The position numbers and the translations under genes are program-made. A model generated the notes under the pieces. It did not search any database. It saw nothing but the letters and a program-made list of their open reading frames with translations, and was not told the DNA's origin. From Gammaproteobacteria bacterium (GTDB taxonomy: Bacteria > Pseudomonadota > Gammaproteobacteria > Natronospirales > DASSBR01), in NCBI GenBank assembly GCA_035708085.1, contig DASSTE010000074.1, positions 67,053-131,052 on the forward strand: a DNA stretch of 64,000 nucleotides. The letters are read 5' to 3'. Positions 1 through 10,023 of the stretch are shown one piece after another; position 1 is the first letter of the stretch, and every line of letters starts with the position of its first letter.

Positions 1-1782
1 CTCGAGTTGTGCGCGAATCTTTCGCTCCGTAACCGCATCCGGGTGCTGCACGAATTGTTTGACGTGTTCCTTGAACTGAATCGCCGTCCACGGATTGCCT
101 GTCGCGGCGTCCGCGATCGACGACAACGGCGAATAGATCGTGTAGTGGCCGCTTCCGAGCCGCCGGTAGCCCCGCACCGGCGAGATCACATTGATCAGCA
201 CCTTGAGCGGCTGAATATCGTATTGCCCGGCAAGCTGGCGTAGCAGCACATCCTGGTTCCGGATGTGCGTGAGGCCGAGTTCTTCGAGTTGCAGGCTTAC
301 TGCGTGCAGGCGCTTGTACATCCACGCTACATTCTGAACGCTTTCCGGCGACCACAGCCGTTCGGCGATCGCGGCCGCGTTCGGCCAGATGCGCGAGTCG
401 ATCGTCGCAGGGCGGACGATTTCGCCCCACATTTCCGCTTCGCCACCGAGGATGTTTGCCCGCACCGCCGGCTTGAGGTGCACGTCAGCGGGAATCGGAT
501 CGTTTTTGTAATAGTCCGCGGCGGAGTAGAGCAGATCGAGATAGTAGCCGTTCGACAAAATGGTCGGATGGCCCTTGCGCGCAGCCTCGTACAGCGATTT
601 TCTGCCGCGCCAGACCTGGATCACCGCACCTTTTTCCAGCCCGGGCTGCAAAATCTCGTCCCAGCCGATGATCTGCTTGCCATCCGCATTGATCAGCTTG
701 GCCAGCTTCTGGATAAACTGCGTTTGCAGCGCATCGTCGGACTTGATCGAAGGCTGCATGTAAGCCTGGATATAAGGATTGTTATTCCATTGGCGGCCGG
801 AATTTTCATCGCCGCCGATGTGGATGTAATGCCCGGGGAACAGGCCCGCCATTTCCTTGAAGAACCGGCCGAGAAACCGGTACGTGTCCGGATTGCTCGG
901 ATCGAACGCGGGATTTTTGCCGCCGAACCGGATTTTCAGATGATACGGTCCCGGCGCGCTCGCCAAATCCGGGTGGCTCACCAGCCAACCCAGCGCGTGT
1001 GCCGGCAGATCGAATTCCGGCACCACCATGATGCCGCGGTCGTTCGCGTAGCGGATGATCGCTTTCATCTCGCGCTGCGTAAAGAATTGGCCGCGTGAGC
1101 CGAGCGCCGTCAGCTTCGGAAAAACCTTGCTCTCGATGCGGAAGCCCTGGTTGTCGCTCAGGTGCAGATGCAGGACATTCAGCTTGACCGCCGCCATGCC
1201 GCGGATTTCGCGCTCGATGACGTTGACCGGCTCGAAATGGCGCACCACGTCGATCATCAGGCCGCGCCACTTGAAGCGCGGCTGGTCCTGGATATCCACG
1301 GCCGGCAGGAAGTAGCCGCCCGAGTTCGATTGCAGCAGTTGCAGAAACGTCTGCAGACCGTGCAGAGCACCAAGCCCGTCTACCGCCGTCAGCACCGCGT
1401 GGTGCGAGTCGACGTGCAGGCTGTAGGACTCGTCCTCGCCGATCTTGAGCACGCCGGGGCGCTGCACGCGAATCAGGAGCCCGGCGTGCGGATCGTCAAC
1501 GTCGGCTGTAACCATGTGCTGCTTGAATACGATGCCGGTGCGCCGCTGCAGGTGATGCAGCAGTCGCGTGGCGCCGTGGTACAGCCGCGACGCCGGGTGG
1601 CCGACGACCTTGATATCGAATTGCTCGGTCAGCGGAAAGCGGCCGTGATGAAGTTCCAGATGCGCCGGCCATGGCATCAGGTCCAAATTCGCTTTGGATG
1701 CCGTCGGCGCGCTATCGGCAAGCGCCTGCACGGAGGCGAGCGCCAGAGCGCCCGCCACAAGTACGAGTTTTGCCGCTTTCAT
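1..1782 (-). CDS. beta-N-acetylhexosaminidase, GH20 family (N-terminal 594 codons; C-terminus lies beyond the window start)
   Basis: Open-ended, so absent from the ORF track. Hand translation from ATG 1780-1782 gives signal peptide MKAAKLVLVAGALALASVQA. It then gives RFKWRGLMIDVVRHF, LNVLHLHLSDNQGFR and the HIGGDE catalytic pair typical of GH20. The start overlaps the stop of the upstream GH2 gene (ATGA). Confidence 0.85.
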   Translation of the reverse strand, partial: MKAAKLVLVAGALALASVQALADSAPTASKANLDLMPWPAHLELHHGRFPLTEQFDIKVVGHPASRLYHGATRLLHHLQRRTGIVFKQHMVTADVDDPHAGLLIRVQRPGVLKIGEDESYSLHVDSHHAVLTAVDGLGALHGLQTFLQLLQSNSGGYFLPAVDIQDQPRFKWRGLMIDVVRHFEPVNVIEREIRGMAAVKLNVLHLHLSDNQGFRIESKVFPKLTALGSRGQFFTQREMKAIIRYANDRGIMVVPEFDLPAHALGWLVSHPDLASAPGPYHLKIRFGGKNPAFDPSNPDTYRFLGRFFKEMAGLFPGHYIHIGGDENSGRQWNNNPYIQAYMQPSIKSDDALQTQFIQKLAKLINADGKQIIGWDEILQPGLEKGAVIQVWRGRKSLYEAARKGHPTILSNGYYLDLLYSAADYYKNDPIPADVHLKPAVRANILGGEAEMWGEIVRPATIDSRIWPNAAAIAERLWSPESVQNVAWMYKRLHAVSLQLEELGLTHIRNQDVLLRQLAGQYDIQPLKVLINVISPVRGYRRLGSGHYTIYSPLSSIADAATGNPWTAIQFKEHVKQFVQHPDAVTERKIRAQLE

Positions 1783-4478
1783 TGGTTGGTCTCGACCCCT
1801 TTTTGCATGACAGGCGCGGGAAACTCATGCCGCGCGACATTGACGCCGTGTAGCCGCACCGTCGGCACCGCACCGGCAAGGTCCGCGGCCCGATAGCGCG
1901 CGGTGAGCGTGATCGACTCTCCCGGCCACAAGGTCACGTCGTTCCCGTTCCATGTCACCGGCAATACCGGCGGCCCGCCCTTGCCGCGCCGCATCGACAG
2001 ATGTTGGAAAAACTGGACGTGCCGCGATTGCGCCGGGTTGACGATTTTGACCGTTGTAACGTCGTCAACACCGGTGCGGCGGGTTGCGGCGCTGATTTCG
2101 ACTGTCGCCGCCGGCAAATGTTCAAGCGCGCTGAAATCAGCGTAGCGGCTCACCGGCGTTATGTACCACGTCGACTTCTTCCAGTCGAGCTTGTCCGGAT
2201 GTGTCGACAGCCAATAAACGTTCCGGCTGAGGAGCTTTCCATCGGCATCCATCAACGCGAGTTCGACGAAAAAGGTCGGCGACAGATGTGCGAGATTCGG
2301 TAGCTGCAGCAACGCGTGCGTGTGGTCGGCCGGCAGCGTTATGCGCGCGATGCGCCGCGTGTAGCGAATCCGGCCCTCGAGATCGCGAACCCTGATTTGC
2401 GCCGTCAGGTCCCGCAGCGGATGCCGGGTCAAGTTGACGGCGATGATCTTGCCGCTGCCGTACGCGTATTGGATATGCACCGGCTCGTTGGCCTTCTTGG
2501 CGCCGAAGTAGGCGCCGGCCGGATCGAGGTAATAATTGAACAAATGCCAGTGCAGCGACGGCCAGGCGTTGTTGAGCATCCAGTAAATCAGACCGGTCGC
2601 CGGGCTCGCCGCATCCATATGCGCGGCGTAGGCCTCGAACTGTGCGCGGGTGGCTTCGTAATTCGCGAGCTGCGCTTTTTCGACGTAATCTTCCAGGCTG
2701 CGTGGGGCGCCGTAGCGCGCGGCGAGCGCGGCGTCGAAGCGCTTCAGCGTCGAAAATGGCGAAAACGCGGGCGCGGCGTGGTATTGCTTCACGTGTGGCT
2801 TCTGCCACAACGCCTGGAGCGCGATCGGCGAAAGCATTTTCGTCAGGCTGTCGAGCGTCGGAATGTCGATGCCCGCGCTCATTTCCGAATCAAAGCCGAA
2901 GGCGCCGCCGTGCTTGTCGGCATACCAGTAGTTCGGCGGCACCCAGGCGTATGGCCCCGCCATTTTCAGACCCGACGGCCCGGCCGCCGGAGTCTTTTGT
3001 GCCGAAGCCGCCGAGACGATCGGGTCCGGCCAGTCGGCAGCGTGCAGCGCATCGACGTACAGTTGCGCGATCTTCGTCGGCGGCGCGTTGTCGCTGCCGA
3101 TCAGGAACGCGATCACAGACGGATGATTGCGCAGCAGGCGCGCTTCGCTCGTCATCGACTCGCGCGCCACTTTCATGTCCGTCGCATCCCACGGCGCGCC
3201 GCCGGTGCCGGCCCAGCCTTCCCATTTATCGCAGCATTCCCAGCCGGGCAGAATCATGATCCCGTTGCGATCGGCGAGATCGTAAAAGTGCTGACGCTCG
3301 AGCTTGCCCTCGGTGCGAATCGCGTTGAGGCCGAGGTTGCGAACGTAGCCGAACTCCTCCGCCAGCCGTTTCGGTTGCACGCGCAGAAACATGTCCGGCG
3401 ACCAGCCCGCGCCGCGAATCAGCAGCGGCATCCCGTTGACGACGAACTGGCGATAGCCTTGCGGCGTGAGGTGCGAGCGCACGTCGCGAATGCCGAACGT
3501 CGCCTGTGCTCGATCGGACAGAGCCTCCCTTACCGTCGCGCTCAACCTCACCTTATACAGAGGGTGGGGGCCGAGCCCCGCCGGCCACCATACGCGCGGG
3601 TTGTGCAGTTCTAGTGCCGGATCGGAGGCGGGATTAAAGGTGACGGTTTTTGTTTCGTGCGGCTTTAGCGTGAGACGGCGGTGGAATTCAACACCGGCCG
3701 TTTCGCCATTAACGACGACACTGTGCGCCGCATCATCGTCGTTGTGCACTTCCGCCTTGATCGCAAGCGCCGCGCGATCAAGCGCCGGCAGCGCAAGATT
3801 CGAGGTGACGCGCAAGCCATGCAGCGACACCGGGCCGGAGCGCACCACATCAATGCCGCGCCACAGGCCCATGTTGTTGTCCGGCGCGGGCGGATTCCAG
3901 TCGATCCAGCCCATGATCAGGTCGCGCTCAGGCTCCGCCGGATAAACCTCGACAGCCAGCGTATTGATGCCGGGATGCACCAGCCGGGTCACGTCTATTT
4001 CGTGCACCGTAAATGCGCCGGCGATTTGCGTGCGATCAGCAATCTCGACGCCGTTCAGCCACAGGTCGGCCCGGGGGATAATGCCGTTGGTGCGAATATA
4101 CGTGCGCAAGCCGTGCGCGCCGTCGAGCTGGAATTCCGCGCGATACCACCACGGAACCCGGAAATGTTCGTGATTGACGCTGCGCAGCCGGTCGCCCTTA
4201 AACAATCTTGTGTAGCGGCCGTCCGTCAGCAGCGCAGCCATGACGGTGGATTGCGCGCCGGCCGCATACCAGCCCTTGGTCGAAAAATCCGCTTGTGAAA
4301 TCGTGTGACCGTTTTGCGGTGCGCGCGTCGACGATTCGATCTGCCAGCCGGCAATAAGTGTAACGGTTCCGGCAGCCGCGGGGATCGTTGTCGTCGTGCC
4401 TGCCGCTGCGTTCAAGGACGCGGCAAATACAATGCATGCAGCCGTACCGGCGAATGCCATTCGTAACCGTGGTTGCAT
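1779..4478 (-). CDS. glycoside hydrolase family 2 protein, exo-beta-D-glucosaminidase (CsxA)-like or beta-mannosidase-like
   Basis: Track ORF 1779..4550 trimmed to MQPRLRMAFAGTAACIVFAASLNAAAG (signal peptide, GGGGAG RBS 5 nt upstream). It has ~900 aa GH2 architecture. The N-terminal GWQIESS...DFSTKGWYAAGAQSTVMAALL resembles CsxA-type enzymes from memory. Substrate is not proven. Confidence 0.6.
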   Translation of the reverse strand: MQPRLRMAFAGTAACIVFAASLNAAAGTTTTIPAAAGTVTLIAGWQIESSTRAPQNGHTISQADFSTKGWYAAGAQSTVMAALLTDGRYTRLFKGDRLRSVNHEHFRVPWWYRAEFQLDGAHGLRTYIRTNGIIPRADLWLNGVEIADRTQIAGAFTVHEIDVTRLVHPGINTLAVEVYPAEPERDLIMGWIDWNPPAPDNNMGLWRGIDVVRSGPVSLHGLRVTSNLALPALDRAALAIKAEVHNDDDAAHSVVVNGETAGVEFHRRLTLKPHETKTVTFNPASDPALELHNPRVWWPAGLGPHPLYKVRLSATVREALSDRAQATFGIRDVRSHLTPQGYRQFVVNGMPLLIRGAGWSPDMFLRVQPKRLAEEFGYVRNLGLNAIRTEGKLERQHFYDLADRNGIMILPGWECCDKWEGWAGTGGAPWDATDMKVARESMTSEARLLRNHPSVIAFLIGSDNAPPTKIAQLYVDALHAADWPDPIVSAASAQKTPAAGPSGLKMAGPYAWVPPNYWYADKHGGAFGFDSEMSAGIDIPTLDSLTKMLSPIALQALWQKPHVKQYHAAPAFSPFSTLKRFDAALAARYGAPRSLEDYVEKAQLANYEATRAQFEAYAAHMDAASPATGLIYWMLNNAWPSLHWHLFNYYLDPAGAYFGAKKANEPVHIQYAYGSGKIIAVNLTRHPLRDLTAQIRVRDLEGRIRYTRRIARITLPADHTHALLQLPNLAHLSPTFFVELALMDADGKLLSRNVYWLSTHPDKLDWKKSTWYITPVSRYADFSALEHLPAATVEISAATRRTGVDDVTTVKIVNPAQSRHVQFFQHLSMRRGKGGPPVLPVTWNGNDVTLWPGESITLTARYRAADLAGAVPTVRLHGVNVARHEFPAPVMQKGVETNQ

Positions 4479-4591
4479 GCGCTCCCCGCTGCTCCTTTGA
4501 AATTTGAGTGTCGAAGCGTTGCATCGCCGCTGCAACCTGTCAAGCTGCACATATTCTACATTTACAAAGTTCAGCCGTTTGCAGGGATTCG

Positions 4592-4608
4592 TATAGCCTG
4601 CGGCTATA
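4592..4608. promoter_or_regulatory. 17-bp perfect dyad TATAGCC-TGC-GGCTATA (operator copy 1) in the GH2 / TonB-receptor divergent region
   Basis: Read directly. It contains a T-N11-A LysR-type core. GGCGATT follows at 4624-4630, then TTTACT (4629-4634), 17 nt, and TATTAC (4652-4657), which looks like a -35/-10 pair facing the receptor gene. Confidence 0.5.
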
Positions 4609-4724
4609 AGTGGTTTCGATTTAGGCGATTTACTTGATGCGTGAGCGATGCTATTACATAGGGTGACCGAAAGCGCGAAATGGCAGTTGCGCTAAGGCTG
4701 ACACAAAAAACATGGAGGGGTCCA

Positions 4725-7664
4725 ATGAAACGATCCACCTGTATCGGCATCCTCAAGAGGGCCGCTATGGCGGCGGCTTTTATTGCATTCACGAGCAGTG
4801 GCGCCTGGGCTGCATCCAAAACGGAAGGCTCAATCTACGGCCAAGCCACGCCCGGCGAGAGCATTGTCGTCCACAGTCTTTCAATAGGCCTTTCGCGTGC
4901 TGTAATCGTTGGCAGCGACGGACATTTCCGTATCAATGATTTGCCGCCGGGTGAGTACAGCGTCACCCTTCAGCAGAATGGTGAGGTCGTCGCAAGCCGC
5001 AGTCACGTTATCGTCCAGGCCGGCATTGGTACCGACGTCCGTTTGGGTACCGGTGCGGCACAAAACCTTGGAACGATCAAGGTGGTGGGCGGGTCGATCA
5101 ACCCGATCGACGTGTCGTCAACCAACACTTCGCTGGTGCTGACTTCCGCTGAGTTTAAACAGCTGCCGGTACCGCGCGACATCACCAGCGTTGCGTTGTT
5201 GGCGCCGAGTACTTTAGCCGGTTCGCCGAATTTTGGCTTCGGTGTGTCGTTCGGTGGTTCCTCGATTGCAGAGAACGCCTATTATCTCGATGGACTCAAC
5301 GTTACGGACATGCAGGAATTTCTGTCGTTCGCGGTCCCGCCGTTTGAAGGCCTTGAGCAATACCAGGTATTGACGGGCGGTTACGGCCCCAAATTCGGCA
5401 ACGCCCTTGGCGGCGTCGTCAACATCGTGACTAAGAGTGGCACCAACCAGTTTCACGCCGGCGCCAACGTCTTCTGGACGCCGCCCGGTTTGCGGAGCAA
5501 AGGGCCTGAAACGTTCCTGCCGAATGGTGATCACTTCATTCACGACAGTTACGACGAATACTCGAATACCGTGTACAACGTGTACGGCAGCGGTCCGATC
5601 ATCAGGGACCACCTGTTCTTCTACGCGCTGTATCAAGGGCAGAACTACAAAGATGACCTGTACGCCGGTAGTACCAGCTATCACGACGATATCGGCAATC
5701 CGGAAGGCCTGCTGAAGCTCGACTGGAATATCAACGACCGCAACCGACTGACGTTCACCGGCTTCAGCACGGAACGTGAGGACAATGAAACCATCTATTC
5801 ATTGGATCCGCTGTATTCGACCACTCGCACCGGCGTCACCGGAACCGTTCAGACCGATCTCGGGTCGCGTGCCTACATCGGCAAGTACACCGGGACGTTC
5901 ACGGACAATTTCTCAATGACGGCGATGTATGGCTACGTCTATTTCGACAACGGCGCGACCCCTTCGGGTGTCGATTGCCCCGTCGTTTATAACGATATCG
6001 GCGACACGTCAATTCGTCTCGGCTGCTGGTCGTCCTACTATATTCATCCGAAGGACAATAACAGCCATCGTCACCAGTACCGGCTCGACTTCGAATGGCA
6101 AATCGGCCCGCACGATGTGACATTCGGCTACGATCATCAGGATTTCGTCACCCAATATCACATTCACTACAGCGGCGGCCACTACTGGCTGTACGAAGAT
6201 GCCGCGCCCGGTAACTTGCTGCCCAATGGGGCCAACGTGCCGGCGGGCGTCACCCAGATCGTGCGCAAGCGCATATTTACTGAAGGCGGTACTTTCGAGG
6301 ATATCGGCGACGCAGCCTATATCCAGGACAAGTGGCGGATCGGTAATTGGTACGTGAGGCTTGGCCTGCGGGATAGCCGCATCGACAGCAAGAACGCCAA
6401 TGGCAACACCTACATCAAGTTCAACAACGAGATTGCGCCCCGGCTCGGCTTTTCGTGGGACGTTAACGGGGACGGCAGCCTGAAGATCTACGGCGATCTC
6501 GGCCGTTACTTTATTCCGATTCCTACCAACGAAAGCGTTATCACTGCGGGCGCTCGCATCGAGACCGACAACTACTACACCTTCACCGGCATGGACTCCA
6601 CGACCGGCGCGCCCACCGGCACGCAGGAAATCGGCGGCCAGTACGTGGTGGCGGACGGCAAAGTGCGCAGCCCCCAGAGCGTTGCGGCCTGGAATCTGAA
6701 GTCGATGAGCAACGACGAACTGATCCTCGGGGCCCAGCAGCGCATTGGCATGAGTCAATGGTCGGTCGGCATTCGCGGGATTCGGCGCGTACTCGTTAAC
6801 GGTGAGGAAGACACCTGCCAGTATGAGGGCTTCGCGAGGTGGGCCGAGGCGCACAATTACGATGTCGACTCAGTGCTCAACTCGCCGACCTGCATTATCG
6901 TCAATCCCGGCAGTGATGTAGGCGACTATGTCGATATCGATGGCGACGGCCAGCTCGAAAAGGTGACCATCGAAAACAAATATCTTGGTCTGCCGGATAT
7001 GGAACGCTATTACAACGCGGTGGAACTGCTGTTTCAGCGCGCGTTTGACGGCAAGTGGTTCCTGAACGGTTCGCTGACGTGGTCGCATAACTACGGCAAT
7101 GCGCAAGGCTATGTGAAACCCGCGACCGGTCAGGAAGAAGCCGGTACGACCACGAACTTCGATCACACCGAATGGACGGTCGACTCCTATGGCAATCTGC
7201 CGCAGGACCATCGCTGGGTATTGAAGGTTTTTGGCGCCTACAACTTTACTCCCGAGTGGCGCGTCGGCTTCAACGTCCTGATACACAGCGGCATGCCGAT
7301 CAGTTGCCTGGGCACGTATCCGAACTTCTACGGCAATCACAACTCGGCTGCCAGCGAAAACATATCGCATTTCTGTGGAGACCAGTTCGTCCCGCAGGGT
7401 TCGGTCGGCAGGACGCCTCGTATTTACAGGCTCGACGGATCGGTGCAGTACAGCCCGGCGTGGGCGCCGGGGCTGCAAATCAGCCTGGCTGTCTTCAACG
7501 TGTTGAATTCGCACCATGCCACTCACGTCAGCGAATTCTACGACGATGGACGATATGCCGGTCAGCCGGGTAGTTACCATTACATCCGCATTCCGAGCTA
7601 CTTGGTGCCGGATGCCTATCAGACGTTCCGCTATGCGCGAGTGAGCGTCGAATACGACTGGTAG
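4725..7664 (+). CDS. TonB-dependent outer-membrane receptor, Oar-like (N-terminal carboxypeptidase-regulatory-like domain)
   Basis: Track ORF 4680..7664 trimmed to MKRSTCIGILKRAAMAAAFIAFTSSGAWA (GGAGGGG RBS). Supporting features are DLPPGEYSVTLQQNGEVV (CarbopepD_reg-like), a plug region LTGGYGPKFGNALGGVVNIVTKSGTN and a long beta-barrel. Confidence 0.8.
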   Translation: MKRSTCIGILKRAAMAAAFIAFTSSGAWAASKTEGSIYGQATPGESIVVHSLSIGLSRAVIVGSDGHFRINDLPPGEYSVTLQQNGEVVASRSHVIVQAGIGTDVRLGTGAAQNLGTIKVVGGSINPIDVSSTNTSLVLTSAEFKQLPVPRDITSVALLAPSTLAGSPNFGFGVSFGGSSIAENAYYLDGLNVTDMQEFLSFAVPPFEGLEQYQVLTGGYGPKFGNALGGVVNIVTKSGTNQFHAGANVFWTPPGLRSKGPETFLPNGDHFIHDSYDEYSNTVYNVYGSGPIIRDHLFFYALYQGQNYKDDLYAGSTSYHDDIGNPEGLLKLDWNINDRNRLTFTGFSTEREDNETIYSLDPLYSTTRTGVTGTVQTDLGSRAYIGKYTGTFTDNFSMTAMYGYVYFDNGATPSGVDCPVVYNDIGDTSIRLGCWSSYYIHPKDNNSHRHQYRLDFEWQIGPHDVTFGYDHQDFVTQYHIHYSGGHYWLYEDAAPGNLLPNGANVPAGVTQIVRKRIFTEGGTFEDIGDAAYIQDKWRIGNWYVRLGLRDSRIDSKNANGNTYIKFNNEIAPRLGFSWDVNGDGSLKIYGDLGRYFIPIPTNESVITAGARIETDNYYTFTGMDSTTGAPTGTQEIGGQYVVADGKVRSPQSVAAWNLKSMSNDELILGAQQRIGMSQWSVGIRGIRRVLVNGEEDTCQYEGFARWAEAHNYDVDSVLNSPTCIIVNPGSDVGDYVDIDGDGQLEKVTIENKYLGLPDMERYYNAVELLFQRAFDGKWFLNGSLTWSHNYGNAQGYVKPATGQEEAGTTTNFDHTEWTVDSYGNLPQDHRWVLKVFGAYNFTPEWRVGFNVLIHSGMPISCLGTYPNFYGNHNSAASENISHFCGDQFVPQGSVGRTPRIYRLDGSVQYSPAWAPGLQISLAVFNVLNSHHATHVSEFYDDGRYAGQPGSYHYIRIPSYLVPDAYQTFRYARVSVEYDW

Positions 7665-7666
7665 TC

Positions 7667-9265
7667 ATGCGTCATGTAATCACCGCACTAGCGACGGCGC
7701 TGCTGATTTCGGCAGCGCCGTCGGCGTGCGCGGCTTCGCCTTACGACGCCATGGTCGATGCGGTTATGGCGCGTTACCATCTTCCCGGTCTTGCCGTAGG
7801 CGTCATCAAGAACGGCAAGGTGGTGTACATACGGACGGACGGTGTACTGGCCATCGGCTCGGGCAAGCCCGTCACGTCGGATACGCTGTTCAAGATCGCG
7901 TCGAATACCAAGGCGTTCACAACTGCGCTGCTGGCCCGCCTGGTCCAGCAAGGCAAGCTCAAGTGGAACGACCCGGTGCGCAAGTACCTGCCGAAATTCG
8001 GCATGTACGAGCCGTGGGTGGCGCGCAATATGCAGGTCCGTGATCTGTTGATGCATGACAACGGTCTGCGCGCCGGCGCGGGCGATCTGATGCTTTGGCC
8101 GCAACCGAACGATTTCACGCGCGCCGACATCGTGGCGGGCCTGAAGTACATCAAGCCGATCCACAGCTTCCGTGCGACATACGCCTACAGCAATACGTCA
8201 TACGTGATCGCGGGCCAGGTTGCGGCCGCGGCCGGCGGCGCATCCTACGAGCACTTGATGCGTCGGGAAGTGTTCAAGCCGCTGGGCCTGACTCGCTGCA
8301 TCGTCGGCCGCTTCAATCGAGACGAAGTGGGTAACGTCGCGCAACCGCATACCCGCTCACATGGTCATTGGGTCGTTACCGGCGCCGACGGCAAAATTGT
8401 ACCGTTAGTCACCGCCGCCGCGGCCGGGGGTGTCCGTTGCAGTCTGAACGCCATGCTGAAGTGGGCGCAGAACTGGCTCGCGCCGACGCCGAAACAATTG
8501 GCCTGGCTGTCGCCGAAGCAGCGCCGCATTTTGTGGTCGGCGCACCGGCCGATTCCGTTATCGCCGCGCCGTCGTGCGTGGGACCACGCCCACTTTTTCG
8601 CCAACGGCTACGGCTGGCACCTCGAAGACGTCGACGGCAAATGGGTCGTCTGGCATACCGGAACGCTGTCCGGCGTGTACTCGGCGCTGACTCTGCTGCC
8701 CGACCAGAAGACCGGCTTTGTCATCCTTATTAATGCCGAAGCACCCGATGCACGCCGGGTGCTGAAAGAAGTCATTCTGAAGCATTTCACCGCGCCTGGA
8801 CGGGGTCGATCGGTGGCGAGTTATGCGGACGAACTGGCGCGCGCGCACCATCGGCAACAGGTGTCGCATATGCCGGATACGTCCTCACGTGTGCCGGCGA
8901 CCGCGCACGAACTCGAGCGGGAACTCGGCATCTGGCGCAGTCCGTGGTTCGGCAAGGTCTCGCTATGCGAGGCTCACGGCAAAGTGCGCTTCAGTTCCGC
9001 CAAGTCGCCGATGATGATGGGCATCGTGATGCGTGTCGGGAATCGTTACCTGGTGGATTGGGACAATTTCGGCCCGCACGCCGAAGCCTGGCTGGAGTTT
9101 GCGCAAGAGAAGCCTGTTGTCTTGCAGATGGCCAAGGTCGATCCCGACGCCGATTTCAGCTGGGATTATGAAGATCTCGCGTTTCGACGAATCGGCGCGT
9201 GCCGACGTGCCGGCAACGGCGTTACTGCACGGTTACAACGGCACGCGGGCAGGGCGTCCGGGTGA
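7667..9265 (+). CDS. exported serine hydrolase, beta-lactamase class C / DD-peptidase / D-aminopeptidase fold, with an extra C-terminal domain
   Basis: Signal peptide present. SxxK appears as ASNTKAF, YxN as YSNTSY, and HTG lies in WHTGTLSG. It starts 3 nt after the receptor stop. Confidence 0.75.
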   Translation: MRHVITALATALLISAAPSACAASPYDAMVDAVMARYHLPGLAVGVIKNGKVVYIRTDGVLAIGSGKPVTSDTLFKIASNTKAFTTALLARLVQQGKLKWNDPVRKYLPKFGMYEPWVARNMQVRDLLMHDNGLRAGAGDLMLWPQPNDFTRADIVAGLKYIKPIHSFRATYAYSNTSYVIAGQVAAAAGGASYEHLMRREVFKPLGLTRCIVGRFNRDEVGNVAQPHTRSHGHWVVTGADGKIVPLVTAAAAGGVRCSLNAMLKWAQNWLAPTPKQLAWLSPKQRRILWSAHRPIPLSPRRRAWDHAHFFANGYGWHLEDVDGKWVVWHTGTLSGVYSALTLLPDQKTGFVILINAEAPDARRVLKEVILKHFTAPGRGRSVASYADELARAHHRQQVSHMPDTSSRVPATAHELERELGIWRSPWFGKVSLCEAHGKVRFSSAKSPMMMGIVMRVGNRYLVDWDNFGPHAEAWLEFAQEKPVVLQMAKVDPDADFSWDYEDLAFRRIGACRRAGNGVTARLQRHAGRASG

Positions 9266-9999
9266 CATTTGATCGCCGAAAAATCGGGCTGGCGCTAGGC
9301 GTGCTGCTGCTCTGTTCTACAGCGCCCTGTGCGTGGAGCGCAACCGCAGGCGCCGCTACCGGACAGTATGTAGGTCAACTGCTTGCCAAGGCTCATAGCG
9401 CCTACGGCAGCTCGCAAGCCATCGTGGTGACAGTCGGTGCGCCGGACAAGCCGCGCGCGTCGCTCGTTGCCTACGCTTTCAAGAACGGTCATTGGAAAAG
9501 GGCGACCGGGAAGATAGCGGCAGTCGTCGGGCGTCGCGGGATCACGCTCGACAAGCATGAAGGCGATCTCAAATCGCCGGCGGGTATCTTTTATTTGGGC
9601 CGCGCGTTCGGCTCTGCGCCAAAGCCCGACGGCGTGGACATGCCGTACACCAGAACGACGAAGAACGACTACTGGATCGACGACACGACATCGCCGGACT
9701 ACAACAAGTGGGTCAGGTACGCCGGCAATCCGGGCACACGCTGGAAGTCGTACGAACGGTTGCTCGTCCCCGCGTATCAATATATGATCGTCATCCGTTA
9801 CAACATGGATCCGATACGCAAGGGCCGCGGGAGCGCCATTTTCTTTCACATCTGGCCCGGCCCGGACGGCTCGACCGTAGGCTGCACAGCGATCTCGAAA
9901 GCACACCTGGTCGATCTGCTGAAGTGGCTGGAACCCGACAAGCGGCCGGTGATTATCCAGGGCACCGTGGCGCAGCTTAAAACGATTGCCCATCGCTAA
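9262..9999 (+). CDS. exported L,D-transpeptidase-fold (YkuD-like) protein
   Basis: Track ORF 9199..9999. The likely start is GTG 9262, overlapping the upstream stop (GTGA), which gives signal peptide VTFDRRKIGLALGVLLLCSTAPCAWS. The Cys motif FFHIWPGPDGSTVGCTAI (His ... S/T-x-G-C) is present. Confidence 0.6.
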   Translation: MTFDRRKIGLALGVLLLCSTAPCAWSATAGAATGQYVGQLLAKAHSAYGSSQAIVVTVGAPDKPRASLVAYAFKNGHWKRATGKIAAVVGRRGITLDKHEGDLKSPAGIFYLGRAFGSAPKPDGVDMPYTRTTKNDYWIDDTTSPDYNKWVRYAGNPGTRWKSYERLLVPAYQYMIVIRYNMDPIRKGRGSAIFFHIWPGPDGSTVGCTAISKAHLVDLLKWLEPDKRPVIIQGTVAQLKTIAHR

Positions 10000-10023
10000 A
10001 TTCCACCGTTCCGGCAGCGTCCC

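Noticed and set aside
7667-9265. Calling the two beta-lactamase-fold proteins (also 17461..18972) AmpC-type resistance genes
   Set aside because: They are about 500-530 aa with an extra C-terminal domain, sit behind TonB receptors and have no ampR neighbour. This fits the DD-peptidase / D-aminopeptidase / esterase branch better. Beta-lactamase activity cannot be excluded without assays.
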